64,000 bases of DNA from an uncultured delta proteobacterium (GCA_963827685.1 CAWHBU010000006.1:224001-288000); one strand, 5' to 3'; shown: positions 28,957-39,341, counted from the stretch's first letter. Numbers and translations are program-made. Notes: generated by a model from the letters alone, not told the origin.

Positions 28957-29334
28957 ATGGAAAGAAAGAGGATAGTCTGTCTATTTCTTTTTGCTGTTCT
29001 TATTCTCGTTTTTTCTTCCTGCCACCCTCGTCATGTTTCAGACGTTAGACCTAACATGACGAAAGAAGAAGTGGTCTCTTTGTGGGGGAGGACAGATCTT
29101 ATCAGTTTTAGGACTGTTAATGGGAAAGCTGTTGAAACCTGGGAATATCACTTTTCAAACACCGATTCTATCTGTTGGGTCACTTTTTCTCAAGATAGAG
29201 TAACGGCTACGGAATGCCGTCGCCCTCCACGAGGTGGATATCGTTACCCATACCCATACTACCCATATTATTACCCATATCCATACCCTTATTACTACCC
29301 TTACTACTATCCCTATTTCCGTCATTGGAGGTAA
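28957..29334 (+). CDS. Lipoprotein: BamE/SmpA-like domain plus Tyr/Pro-rich tail
   Basis: Lipobox FSSC, NMTKEEVVSLWG, ETWEY, tail YPYPYYPYYYPYPYPYYYPYYYPYFRHWR. Confidence 0.8.
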   Translation: MERKRIVCLFLFAVLILVFSSCHPRHVSDVRPNMTKEEVVSLWGRTDLISFRTVNGKAVETWEYHFSNTDSICWVTFSQDRVTATECRRPPRGGYRYPYPYYPYYYPYPYPYYYPYYYPYFRHWR

Positions 29335-29763
29335 CAAATGGCTTGTATGTCCATAAAGGGGGCGTTAAGGCACGGTGGCCTATGAATTTTACTGGTGAGA
29401 CTCAACAAAAGGGTATCAGCGGATTAGACCACTCCCTGAAAGGAGAAAGAACCCTGCAAGGATAACCCAGGAATCGGTTATGAATTGGGTGAGAAAGATT
29501 TTAGGCGAGAATATAGATTTTAACGACATCTTTTTCATCACAATAACGATATATAAAAATTCGGGTGAAATTCTTAGATTTAAGGAGTAAGGGGAATATT
29601 GAGAAATAAATCAATATTCGTATTCAACTGTCAAAGAACGTCTGGTAGTTCCAATAGATTAGGTTGTAAAATGCAGAGCGGGTCTTTATTTAACAGACTT
29701 CGTAGGAAGACTGGAGTGCGAGAAGACTTTATCATGGTCAGCAAGAGAGTGGAGGTGAGACTA

Positions 29764-30339
29764 ATGAAAAAATTACTTTCCATAGGTGCTACAGTTTTTT
29801 TGGTCTTGATACCATTAATGGTTAACGCACAGTCAGAGCAGAACAAACCGGGATCCCCTCCGATTGAACAGAGTTTGGTCCGTGAAGGTTCTTTTGCAAT
29901 GAAGCTGGCTGAGGCACTGAAGATGGGGCAGGCCAAGAGCGAGGCAGAAGCGGAGAGTAGGCTGGCCTCAATGGGCATCGCGCCACGGAACGGATGGATT
30001 GCTGATTATCCGGTGACGCCCGATATTATCGGAGAGGTGCGAAATGCTATCGGTGTGGCACTGGATTCCGGCAAATTAGCGATGAACAAAGACGAGGCGT
30101 TGATGGCGGTTCAGGTTCTTATTGATAATCAGTGGAGGCTGGCGGTTGCACCTAATAAAGAACAAGCGAGACAATACGGTGAGTATCCACCTGCTGTCTA
30201 TGAGGGATATGAAGGGGGATATGAACCATATTATTACCCCTATTATTACCCATATCCATACTACTACGGTGGTTATTACTACCTTGGTGGTTTTGGAGGC
30301 AGAGGATTCCGAGGAGGTGGTGGCAGAGGACACCGGTAA
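29764..30339 (+). CDS. Secreted protein: helical domain plus Tyr/Pro and RGG tail
   Basis: RBS GGAGGT, signal peptide (VNA-Q), LVREGSFAMKLAEAL...GIAPRNGWIADYPVTPDI, tail YYYPYYYPYPYYYGG...GGRGFRGGGGRGHR. Confidence 0.8.
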   Translation: MKKLLSIGATVFLVLIPLMVNAQSEQNKPGSPPIEQSLVREGSFAMKLAEALKMGQAKSEAEAESRLASMGIAPRNGWIADYPVTPDIIGEVRNAIGVALDSGKLAMNKDEALMAVQVLIDNQWRLAVAPNKEQARQYGEYPPAVYEGYEGGYEPYYYPYYYPYPYYYGGYYYLGGFGGRGFRGGGGRGHR

Positions 30340-30501
30340 AGATAAGGGGTAATGAGGAGGGAATATGCTCTTACTCCCGACTTTGAAACCAATTGGGGAA
30401 GAAGATTCGGGATTATTTTTGCCTCCTTTTTCAGGTGCGTAGAGAGGAGGCAAAAAATTCCGGTCTCTTATGGCTCATGATAAAATAGGAGGTGGAAAAA
30501 G

Positions 30502-30762
30502 ATGAAAAGAGTTTTATCAATAAGCACTTTCTTCCTGGTCTTTTTCCTGGCAACCGGTATAGCTTCGGCGCGGGTCTTTTTCGGTTTTGGATTCTTTCCC
30601 CCAGCTGTTATCGGTCCTCCAGTGATTGTCGCCCCCCCTCCGGCCTACTACCCGTATCCTTACGGTTATCGGGTGTGGGTGCCGGGCTACTGGAATAATA
30701 TATGGACTGATTACGGTTGGGAGAAAGTCTGGCATCCGGGACATTGGGAGTATCGTCCTTAA
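30502..30762 (+). CDS. Small secreted YXWGXW/WVPGHW-repeat protein
   Basis: Signal peptide (ASA-R), PPP-rich segment, WVPGYW and WHPGHW. Confidence 0.8.
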   Translation: MKRVLSISTFFLVFFLATGIASARVFFGFGFFPPAVIGPPVIVAPPPAYYPYPYGYRVWVPGYWNNIWTDYGWEKVWHPGHWEYRP

Positions 30763-30868
30763 AAAGAGAGGTAGTCCATGTTGGATTTTGAAGCCAGGGT
30801 CAGAAGCATCGGGCCGCAGCCCTTTTGGATATCGAGCCGAGGCTGAGGAAGGTAAAGGGATATAGATA

Positions 30869-31072
30869 AATATGTTTTGGATTCTTTTGAAAATGGATTG
30901 GCACAGGAGTTGCTGTCATATTAAATGCACAGATGTTTCGCTTGGGGATGGAATATAAATGCTTAAATTTTTGGAAGCGTAAAGAGTCATGAATAAAAAG
31001 CCTAAATGATACGTCAAAAAAAGAAAAAGATGAGAGGAGGTAAGATTTATGAAAAAGGCAATAATTGTATGA
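30869..31072 (+). repeat. ~200-bp duplicate of the spy promoter/5' end (27693-27891), including the sigma54 site at 30899-30914
   Basis: Near-identical sequence through ATGAAAAAGGCAAT; the copy stops after MKKAIIV. Confidence 0.9.
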
Positions 31073-31183
31073 GGATTGGTAGCTGGATATATCCCAAGAA
31101 CGATAATTTAGGAACCTCTGGCACTAATGTTGGTACCCATTATAAGAAATGGAGCCAGGGGGACTACCCAAGGAGGTTGTTTT

Positions 31184-31651
31184 ATGAAGAGGAGGATGTT
31201 CATAGGATTATTTGTTGGAACGATGTTTCTAACATTGATGGGTCTCTCAAATAGAAGTTTTGCTCAAGTGAATATAAATGTCGGGATAAATGTCCCTCCG
31301 CCGCCACCCCTTGTCATTCCTGCACCGCCACCCATGTTCGTAATACCCGGGACATATGTCTACTTTGCCCCCGAGGTTGAAGCAGACATCTTTTTTTACC
31401 ACGGTTACTGGTACCGGCCCTATCAAGGGCACTGGTATCGATCTGGGAGCTACAATGGGCGTTGGGTTTATGTTGCTCCCCCCAAGGTGCCCACTGTTTT
31501 ATTAAATCTGCCGCCAGATTTTCGCCGTGTGCCGCCCGGACATCAACGCATCCCACATGAGCAACTTAAAAAGAACTGGAGGACATGGGAGAAAGAAAAG
31601 TACTGGGAAAAACATGAGCGTGAACATGGGGAAAGAGAGAGGCACGACTGA
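31184..31651 (+). CDS. Secreted Pro-rich protein with aromatic core and His/Arg/Glu tail
   Basis: RBS AGGAGG, signal peptide (SFA-Q), VNINVGINVPPPPP, FFYHGYWYRPYQGHWYRS. Confidence 0.82.
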   Translation: MKRRMFIGLFVGTMFLTLMGLSNRSFAQVNINVGINVPPPPPLVIPAPPPMFVIPGTYVYFAPEVEADIFFYHGYWYRPYQGHWYRSGSYNGRWVYVAPPKVPTVLLNLPPDFRRVPPGHQRIPHEQLKKNWRTWEKEKYWEKHEREHGERERHD

Positions 31652-31854
31652 GAAAATTGGGGACATAAACGAGGCAAAGGAAACCACGACAATTAAATAT
31701 AATTGTATTTATGCTCATCCCGAGGCGTAAGGGGTTATTTATCACTTGCAGCATGGCAGCCTCGGGACAGACCTTGTTTTTTTTCTTGCCTTTTGTAAAT
31801 ACAGGATAGTCATTTTAGAAAGTTAGAGGTTTATAGAAGATAGTGGGTGGAGTG

Positions 31855-31948
31855 GGCCTTGGTTTTGGTCGTGGTTTCCACCACCACCATGGCCAAGGAA
31901 TGGGCCACTCCGGAATGTAGCAGCGATTAGGATACATATCAATTGGAG
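31855..31948 (+). pseudogene. Orphan 3' end of a second spy/cpxP copy
   Basis: GGTTTTGGTCGTGGTTTCCACCAC..CATGGCCAAGGAATGGGCCAC...GGAATGTAGCAG matches 28289-28380. Confidence 0.85.
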
Positions 31949-32000
31949 TAAGAAAAAAAAGGGGGAGGGAAAACTTTCCCTTTTTCTATATATAGACAAT

Positions 32001-32054
32001 GGGCGAGGTCTCCGGAACCAAAGGCCGTGAGTTCAACTTCCACATCGCCCACCA
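32001..32054 (+). pseudogene. tRNA-Arg(CCG) remnant lacking the D-arm
   Basis: GGGCGA...TCGCCC-ACCA acceptor stem, GGT-CTCCGGA-ACC anticodon arm, AAGGC variable loop and a decayed GTGAG-TTCAACT T-arm. Confidence 0.6.
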
Positions 32055-32088
32055 CAATTTTTCATTCTGAGCAGGGGCATACGAATCA

Positions 32089-32514
32089 ATGAAGAAATGG
32101 ATCGTAGCTTTATTATCCTTACTCTTGATCGCTGTGTTGCTCTTGATCTCTAGCCCTTTCAACATCTTCAAACCATCGATGACCAAAAAGGAGAGTAAAG
32201 AGAAGCCCGGAATTCTTCTTACCCAGGACGAGAAAAAAAAGGAGCAGACCGATCCTCATCTCATTTTGGTCTTAAAGAGATTGCGCGAGAAACTCGATGA
32301 ATGGCTAAAATCGCTCAACGACCGGATCGAGAGTGAAGATATCACCCGTTTAGAGGCTCGGTTCTTAGAGATTTTGAGAAGTATCTTGGAATGGGTGAGA
32401 GAGAAGGTCGATGCAAAGATCGAATCTTATGAAAAGGAAGAACCCCAGAAAAAAGAAAGAGGATTGTTTAGGGAGACTCACCAGAGAGTGTTTCCATTCT
32501 TCGAAGTAGGATGA
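32089..32514 (+). CDS. Hypothetical membrane-anchored helical protein
   Basis: N-terminal TM segment and a charged coiled-coil C-terminus. Confidence 0.65.
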   Translation: MKKWIVALLSLLLIAVLLLISSPFNIFKPSMTKKESKEKPGILLTQDEKKKEQTDPHLILVLKRLREKLDEWLKSLNDRIESEDITRLEARFLEILRSILEWVREKVDAKIESYEKEEPQKKERGLFRETHQRVFPFFEVG

Positions 32515-32728
32515 GAGAAGAAAAGGTATTCATTCCGTCCAATGGGATCCAATTGGAGGACTTCTTGAGCAATCATAAGGCTTTTCTTGTTAAAGGGTTT
32601 ATCAATCGTCTGTGGACGGTTTCAACCAATACGGAGAGAAAGATTGAGATGGTTTTAGACTATCCTGGTTATGAGATCCGGATTTCAAATTAAAAAAGAG
32701 GAAAGAGAACAATTGAGAGAGGCAACTT

Positions 32729-33250
32729 ATGAACATGAAAAAGTCTTTGATCTTCTTGATTGTTGTGTTCTTAAGCTTTTTAATATCCACCTCAGTCTGT
32801 TTTGCCATAGGTGATGACCAGTATAGCCGTTCATCGCTTAAAGACCTTAAGAAAGTATCTGTGGTTGTACAAATTGAAAAACCGTTGTCTGAGGATTTTA
32901 AGAAAGTGGGTCTTACTGAAGAAAGAATCCGAACTGGCATAGAGCTGAAACTTCAGGAGGCAAAGATCGATGTTGTATACGCAACGGATTTAACTCCGGA
33001 GGCCCCGATTCTGCACGTGGAAATCGATGGGTCGAATAGAAACGGCAAAACCTTTTCATTTCTTATTGAAGTTGAATTATGGCAAAAGGGCTTTTTGAAG
33101 CGAGACCCTAAACTTGAGGTGATTGCTGGAACATGGTCCACAGGAGTTTTTGGTTCAGGACTAGCCTCAAATATGGCAAACGACATGATGAGATTGATTA
33201 ACAGTATGATGGACACCTTTGTTAAGGCTTACTTGTCAGTAAATCCTTAA
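32729..33250 (+). CDS. Secreted hypothetical protein
   Basis: Signal peptide (CFA-I), SLKDLKKVSVVV, IELKLQEAKI, FVKAYLSVNP. Confidence 0.72.
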   Translation: MNMKKSLIFLIVVFLSFLISTSVCFAIGDDQYSRSSLKDLKKVSVVVQIEKPLSEDFKKVGLTEERIRTGIELKLQEAKIDVVYATDLTPEAPILHVEIDGSNRNGKTFSFLIEVELWQKGFLKRDPKLEVIAGTWSTGVFGSGLASNMANDMMRLINSMMDTFVKAYLSVNP

Positions 33251-33541
33251 GGAAAACTCCTTGGATCATCATCCTTTTGATTAAAAAGAGAACTTTATCG
33301 GAGCATTCATGCGTTTTCTGGATTTTCCACTTTTTAAGAAATCTTCATATAAATTTAATACCTGTTTAATCTTTCTTTTGGGATATTCCTTAATGATTTA
33401 TAGCGAGAGATTACATCTGAAAGATGAGGAAATTTTATCCCGGAAAACTTGATCCATGGTCCCTATTCTGAGTAATAACGATAAATCGTCAACTGCCGGC
33501 CAGAAAGGGAAGCGATTCAATAATACACAGAGGGGAAAATA

Positions 33542-34069
33542 GTGATGTATGGAAAATTCATCGGAATCCTCGTTTCCATGATTATAGGAGGATTACTTAC
33601 AGGAACAGTTTACTCTGCTGATACAAAGATTGGATCGGTTGATATGCAGAAGGCAGTGAATGAATGTAATGCAGGGAAAGAGGCCAAAAAGGTACTCACC
33701 AAAGAGGTGGAAAAATTCCAGCGCCTCATCGCTGAGAAGCAGAAAGAGATTCAAGAGATGAAAGAATCTCTGGAAAAACAGGGTCTGATGCTGAACCCTG
33801 AAACGAGGGTAGCAAGAGAAAAGGAGTTACAGGCTAAAGTTCGAGATTTTCAGAGATGGGGGGAGGACGTTCAGAATGAGGTCAATCAGAAACGGATTGA
33901 GGAAGAGAGGAACATTTCCATCGGCCTTATAAAGGTAGTTCAAGAGATTGGGGCAAATGAAGGATACACCTTCATCCTGCAAAAGAACGAGAACATTGTG
34001 CTCTTTGCTTCCAAGCCTACTGACATTACAGATCAGGTCATTAAGGCCTATGATGTCGGGAAGAAATAG
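33542..34069 (+). CDS. skp: OmpH/Skp outer-membrane protein chaperone (copy 1)
   Basis: KIGSVDMQKAVNEC.AGK.AK, long coiled coil, GYTFIL, DITDQVIK.YD. Confidence 0.92.
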   Translation: MMYGKFIGILVSMIIGGLLTGTVYSADTKIGSVDMQKAVNECNAGKEAKKVLTKEVEKFQRLIAEKQKEIQEMKESLEKQGLMLNPETRVAREKELQAKVRDFQRWGEDVQNEVNQKRIEEERNISIGLIKVVQEIGANEGYTFILQKNENIVLFASKPTDITDQVIKAYDVGKK

Positions 34070-34173
34070 GACTAATAAAGGTTATAAGGATAAAAGGGGA
34101 TGGATATTAAGGTTAGAAAAATTATGATTCCAGTTCTGGAATTGACAAAGAGAAAGAAAGGAGATGGGAAGGG

Positions 34174-34893
34174 ATGGGAAGGGAGAGGATTATTTGTCTA
34201 TTTCTTTTTGTTGTTCTTATTTTCGTTTTTTCTTCATGCCACCCTCGTCATGTTTCAGATGTTAAACCTAACATGACGAAAGAAGAAGTGGTCTCTTTGT
34301 GGGGGAGAACACCCCTTATCACCGATAGGACTGTTAATGGGAGACCTACTGAAACCTGGGAATACCATTTTTCAAACTCCAATTCTATTTGTTGGGTTAC
34401 TTTTTCTCAAGATAGCGTCGTGGCTACGCAATGTCGCCCTCTACGAAGGGGAGGGTATGGGTATTATTACCAGTCGGAGCGGAACAAACCGGGATCCCCT
34501 CCCATTGAAAAAAGCTTGGTCCGCGAAGGTTCTTTGGCAATGAAGCTGGCTGAGGCACTGAAGATAGGGGAGGTTAAGAGCGAGGCAGAAGCGGAGAGCA
34601 GACTGGCCCAAATAGGTATCGCACCCCGTAACGGATGGATTGCTGATTATCCGGTGACGCCTGATATTATCGGTGAGTTGCAAAATGCTATTGGTGCAGC
34701 AGTGGATTCCGGCAAATTAGCGATGAAGAAGGATGAAGCAATGAAGGCGTTTGAGGATCTCATTTTGGATATCGAAAGTCAGTATGCTGGAGTTGAGCCG
34801 CCCCCCGAGGGGCAACCCCCTCCTGAACCATATTATTATTATCCATACCCCTATTACCCCTACTACTACCCTTATCGCCGTCATTGGAGGTAA
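34174..34893 (+). CDS. Chimeric lipoprotein: BamE-like domain (as 28957) + helical domain (as 29764) + Tyr/Pro tail
   Basis: The N-terminal part is near-identical to 28957..29334 and the middle part to 29764..30339; tail PYYYYPYPYYPYYYPYRRHWR. Confidence 0.85.
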   Translation: MGRERIICLFLFVVLIFVFSSCHPRHVSDVKPNMTKEEVVSLWGRTPLITDRTVNGRPTETWEYHFSNSNSICWVTFSQDSVVATQCRPLRRGGYGYYYQSERNKPGSPPIEKSLVREGSLAMKLAEALKIGEVKSEAEAESRLAQIGIAPRNGWIADYPVTPDIIGELQNAIGAAVDSGKLAMKKDEAMKAFEDLILDIESQYAGVEPPPEGQPPPEPYYYYPYPYYPYYYPYRRHWR

Positions 34894-35107
34894 CAAATGG
34901 TTTGTATGTCCATGAAGGGCTTGTCTGAGGGGGAGATATCGAGATACTCCCGAATGCAGAGCCAAGAAGAATCCTTATCTACCTTTACAAAATGGGCTGA
35001 CAAGAGGTCGGAGGCCAGATGAAGAAAAGAGAAAGATTTTAGGTGAGAAATAGATTTTAATGATCTTTTTATCACAATAACGACAGATAAAAATTCAGGT
35101 GCCAAAC

Positions 35108-37357
35108 ATGATTATGAGACGAATGGGGCTTGCCTTCCTTGTCTTCTCTCTCCTCGTAGGGATATGTGCTGGAGCGGAGGAAAACATTTACAAGGTCATG
35201 ATCCTTGGAAATGTAAAGGTTGAAGAAGGGGTCATTCGAGGAGCGATCAAGAGCCGGGAGGGAGGTCCCTTTTCTGTCGAGAAGGTCCGTGAGGATCTAC
35301 GATCTATTTTTGATTTGGGTTCCTTCACCGATGTTCAAGTGGACATCAAATCGACCCCTCAGGGCAAAGAAGTGATCTTCATTGTCGCGGAAAAGCCTTC
35401 GATCAAAGAGATCTTGATCAAGGGAAATGACAAGGTGAAGCTGGACGATATCAAAGAGAAGATGACCCTCAAGACACGCTCGATCCTCAACCTCGAAAAG
35501 GTGAAAGAGGATTCGGAACAGATCCGGAAACTTTATTTCTCGAAAGGTTATTATGGGGTCAAGGTGGAATATAAGGTCGACTATCTGGAAACCAATGAAG
35601 CCATAGTCACTTTTACAGTCTCGGAAGGCCCTAAGGGACATATCCAAAAAATAGTCTTCAAGGGGAACAAGCATATTAAAACCTCCGAATTGAAGAAGGG
35701 GATGACGACCAAACGGAGGAATATTTTTTCCATCATCACCAAGACCGGGACCTTAGATGAAGATGTTCTTAAAAATGACCTTCAACTCCTGACCGCCTAC
35801 TATTATGATCATGGGTATCTCGAAGCGAAGATCTCTGAACCCAAGGTCGATCTCTCCAACCCGAAAAAGATCCGGATCGAGATTGGGATTGTGGAAGGAC
35901 CTCAATATCATCTCGGGAATATCGACTTCAAAGGGGATCTCCTCACCACCAAAGAAGCCCTCTTCAAAGTTCTCAAAATAAAGCGGGGAGACGTCTTTAG
36001 CAACACGGCCATTCGAAAGGAGGTCAATGCCCTCACGGAAAAGTTTGCCAATCAAGGCTATGCTTATGTAGAGGTCAACCCTGAAACCTCCGTGGACAAT
36101 AAGAATCTCTTAGTCCACCTCACCTTTGAAATTGAAAAGAAGAAAAGCGTCTATTATGAAAAGATTCAGGTCGTTGGGAATACGAAGACCCGTGACAAGG
36201 TGATCCGCAGGGAGCTCCGGGTGGCCGAAGGAGACCTTTACAACGCTACCGATATGAATTATAGTCGCGACCGACTGAAAAGGACAGGGTTCTTTAAAGA
36301 GGTGGACTTTACCACCAGCCGTGGGAGCACCGAAGAAAAAATCAACCTTGATATCAAAGTCGAGGAGGCTCCGACAGGTGCCCTCAGTTTCGGAATTGGG
36401 TATAGTACCATCGAGAGCGTCGTGGGCTCTGCCTCGATCTCCGACCGCAATCTCTTCGGTTTGGGCTATTTTGGAATGTTGAAGTTCAGCCTGGGATTTG
36501 AAACCCAAAGTGCTCGGTTGAGCCTTACAGACCCCTATTTTTTGGGATATCCTTATGCGGCAGGTTTTGACCTCTATCACGAAAGGGTGGAGATCTTCAC
36601 AACTTATTCCTGGAAAATTACAGGAGGGGATATCCGTTTCGGAAAGGAATTGACCGATAAGATTCGCATTGATGCGATGTATAAATTGGAGAACGTCGAT
36701 GTCTATAATGTGGCAAGTGATGCCTCGATCTATATCATAGACCAGCAAGGGAAGAGGACGACCAGCGCCATTGCTTTAACCCCTTCCATTGATACCCGTG
36801 ACGACTTCTTCAATCCTCGTCGGGGAGGTCGACACAGCCTTTTCAATTCAAGACGCAGGAGGGTTTTTAGGAGGGGATAACTATTTCGTCAAGGTATTGG
36901 GACAGACCAGTTGGTTTTTCCCGTTACCTTTAAGAACAACCCTCAATCTTCGTGGCCAGGCCGGGTTCATTTCTCCTTATAGTGGAAAGCATTTACCGAT
37001 CTATGAAAAATTCTTCGTCGGAGGTATCAATACTGTCCGAGGCTTCGAGTACGGAATGGCGGGGCCTGTCTATAACCAACCGGAGATCCCCTTGGTGCGA
37101 AAAAGATGGTGGTCTTCAATGTGGACTGGATCTTCCCTTTGTCCCGTGAGATTGGCTTGCAAGGAGCTTTGTTCTTCGATATCGGGAAGGGATTTGATAA
37201 GTTTAGCGATATCACCCCGTTGAGATTCGGGGCGGGGCCTGGAATTCGTTGGTTCTCTCCGTTTGGCCCGATCCATATCGACCTGGGGTTTAACCTCAAC
37301 CGCAAAAAAGGGGAGAAAGGGCAAGTGATCGACTTTACAGGTGGATCCGTTTATTAA
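35108..37357 (+). CDS. bamA: Outer membrane protein assembly factor BamA (two apparent frameshifts near 36840 and 37080)
   Basis: POTRA repeats (GNTKTRDKVIRRE), DTRD..NPRRG, GGINTVRGFE, GIRWFSPFGP and a C-terminal aromatic residue, spread across three ORF pieces. Confidence 0.88.
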
Positions 37358-37399
37358 AAAATTTGTATCGTGCAAACCTTAATCTAAGAGAGAGGAGAA

Positions 37400-37938
37400 A
37401 TGAAGATGGATGGAAAAAAGTTGGGTGTTGTCACAGGTGTTGCCGAGGAATGATCTTGTTGGGATGGTACGGGTCGGTTTGGGCTGCGGATTTAAAGGTG
37501 GCTTACGTCGATATCCAGAAGGCGATCAACGAGTGTAATGCCGGCAAGGAGGCGAAGAAAGTGATCACCAAGGATGTAGAAAAAATTCAACGTCTCGGCG
37601 CCGACAAGCAGAAGGAGCTCCAAACCATGAAAGAATCCTTTGAGAAGCAGACCCTCATGCTGACTCCGGAGGCCAGGGCACATAAAGAGAACGAATATCA
37701 AAGCAAACTTCGGGAGTTCCAGCGCTGGGCGGATGATACCCAGAATGAGATGAATCAGAAACGGATGGAGATGGAGCGAAACATCTCCACCGGGCTCATC
37801 AAGGTGATTCAAAAAGTGGGGACAGAAGAAGGTTACACCTTTATTCTGGAAAAGAACGAGAGCATTGTGCTCTACGCGTCCAAAGCCATCGAAATTACCG
37901 ATCGAGTGATCAAAGCGTTTGATGCCCAGAAGAAATAA
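37400..37938 (+). CDS. skp: OmpH/Skp chaperone (copy 2; apparent frameshift in the signal peptide near 37446)
   Basis: KVAYVDIQKAINECNAGK; RBS GAGGAG precedes ATG 37400, which is in a different frame from the body. Confidence 0.88.
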
Positions 37939-38345
37939 TATGACCCAGAAATTCAAAATCCAAAGTCGCCAGTTCAATAGAATCCCTTGGGAATCCATTA
38001 AACCTGAAGGAGTTACGGCAAAACTTTCAGGTGTGCATGATGGGACTACTTCTCCTAAATTCCCACAAATTGGTTTGATTTTCAAGATCAGATGCACTTT
38101 TATCTTTGGATTCAAAATATCGTCTGCCGATATCCTCATCGCGAACGATGCGGTCTTCAACTGCCCATCTCTGAGAGTTCCAAACGTCTATGGTTCTGGT
38201 CTAAGCGGGCTTGAAGGATTAAGGAGGAAGTTAGAAAAATGAGCGGAGGATCACAGTATGGTAGGCTATGGATGTTACTGGCGAGACGCAACAGAAGGGT
38301 ATAAAACATATTGGGACACTCCCTGAAAGGAGAAAGCGATTAAGT

Positions 38346-38723
38346 ATGAAAAATAAATATGTGAACAAATTATTGTCTGTTACCGTTATTACACTTTTAC
38401 CTCTATTGGGTTGTGCAAGCACCAAATACCTCCCTTCAACCTCTGGAACCTATCCTCCTACAAGTAGTGCGGTGGTCTATTATTGGGACAAACCAGATAG
38501 ACCTTATATAGAGATGGGGACGATTAATGTCAAGGCACACAGCGAGACTGGGATGTTGGAGAAGTTCAAACAGAAGGCAATGGAAATAGGTGCTGATGGA
38601 GTCTTTATAAAGTCCATGGATAATCAGTTAAGGTTCGGTACCCATATATGGTTTTTACTACTGGCCTCTATTCGAGCAGAGGGTGTCGCAATAAAATTTA
38701 AAGATACATCACCCGAGAAATAG
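38346..38723 (+). CDS. Lipoprotein with YbjQ/heavy-metal-binding-like fold
   Basis: Lipobox LLGC, KPDRPYIEMG.I, KQKAMEIGADGV, GVAIKF. Confidence 0.7.
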   Translation: MKNKYVNKLLSVTVITLLPLLGCASTKYLPSTSGTYPPTSSAVVYYWDKPDRPYIEMGTINVKAHSETGMLEKFKQKAMEIGADGVFIKSMDNQLRFGTHIWFLLLASIRAEGVAIKFKDTSPEK

Positions 38724-39026
38724 GCAAAAAAAGCAAGAGGGATAAGTAACGGAGGCAATCGTGAAAATGGCGGCGAAGTCTGTATTAAATAGTGTGCGAA
38801 AGTTAGGATTTAACCTTTCAGAAAATGTGAAGCACGGTATTGACTTGTTCCTGTAGTTCGCACATCTAAAATTTGCTATAATAGTGCAGATTAATCAGTA
38901 ATGAACCAAGCTAAAAAGCAATTTCCGATCACTAGTCAATCAGTTATCAGTTACAAAATTAGGTTTTAGATTTGGCTGGAATTTGTTTTATGATAGAACG
39001 CAAAAAAACAATAGGGAGGTGAAAAA

Positions 39027-39341
39027 ATGAAAAAACTGATTGTTATCTTTTTGGTGGTTATCTTCGCATTAGGCGTATCCATCCTCGCCTATGCACAAAA
39101 CCCCGAAGCAGCAAAGCCACAAGAAAAAGTGTCTATTGAAGAGAGGAAAGCAAAGATAATCTCGTCAATTGACGAACGCATTAAGATGCTTCAAGAAGAA
39201 AAGGCCTGCGTTTCTGCTGCAAAAACACCTGAGGATTTAAGGAAATGCAGAGAAAAATTCAGGGAAGAAAGAAAAGGGTCTTGGGAAGAGAGGAAAGAGC
39301 AGAGGAAAAAACAATTCTCTTCAAGGTATTGTGTTGCTTAG
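39027..39341 (+). CDS. Small secreted coiled-coil protein with a Cys pair
   Basis: RBS GGAGGT, signal peptide (AYA-Q), CVSAAKTPEDLRKC. Confidence 0.75.
   Translation: MKKLIVIFLVVIFALGVSILAYAQNPEAAKPQEKVSIEERKAKIISSIDERIKMLQEEKACVSAAKTPEDLRKCREKFREERKGSWEERKEQRKKQFSSRYCVA

Noticed and set aside
29230-29330. TAC/CCN repeats as a CRISPR array or DGR variable region
   Set aside because: They are coding low-complexity Tyr/Pro tracts. There is no repeat-spacer periodicity, no cas or reverse transcriptase gene, and no adenine-specific template/variable pair.
29395-29415. Minus-strand TGT-TGA aligning with TGT-TGC at ~38285 as a Sec/Cys pair
   Set aside because: No start, RBS or SECIS supports a minus-strand gene; likely coincidence within a duplicated module.
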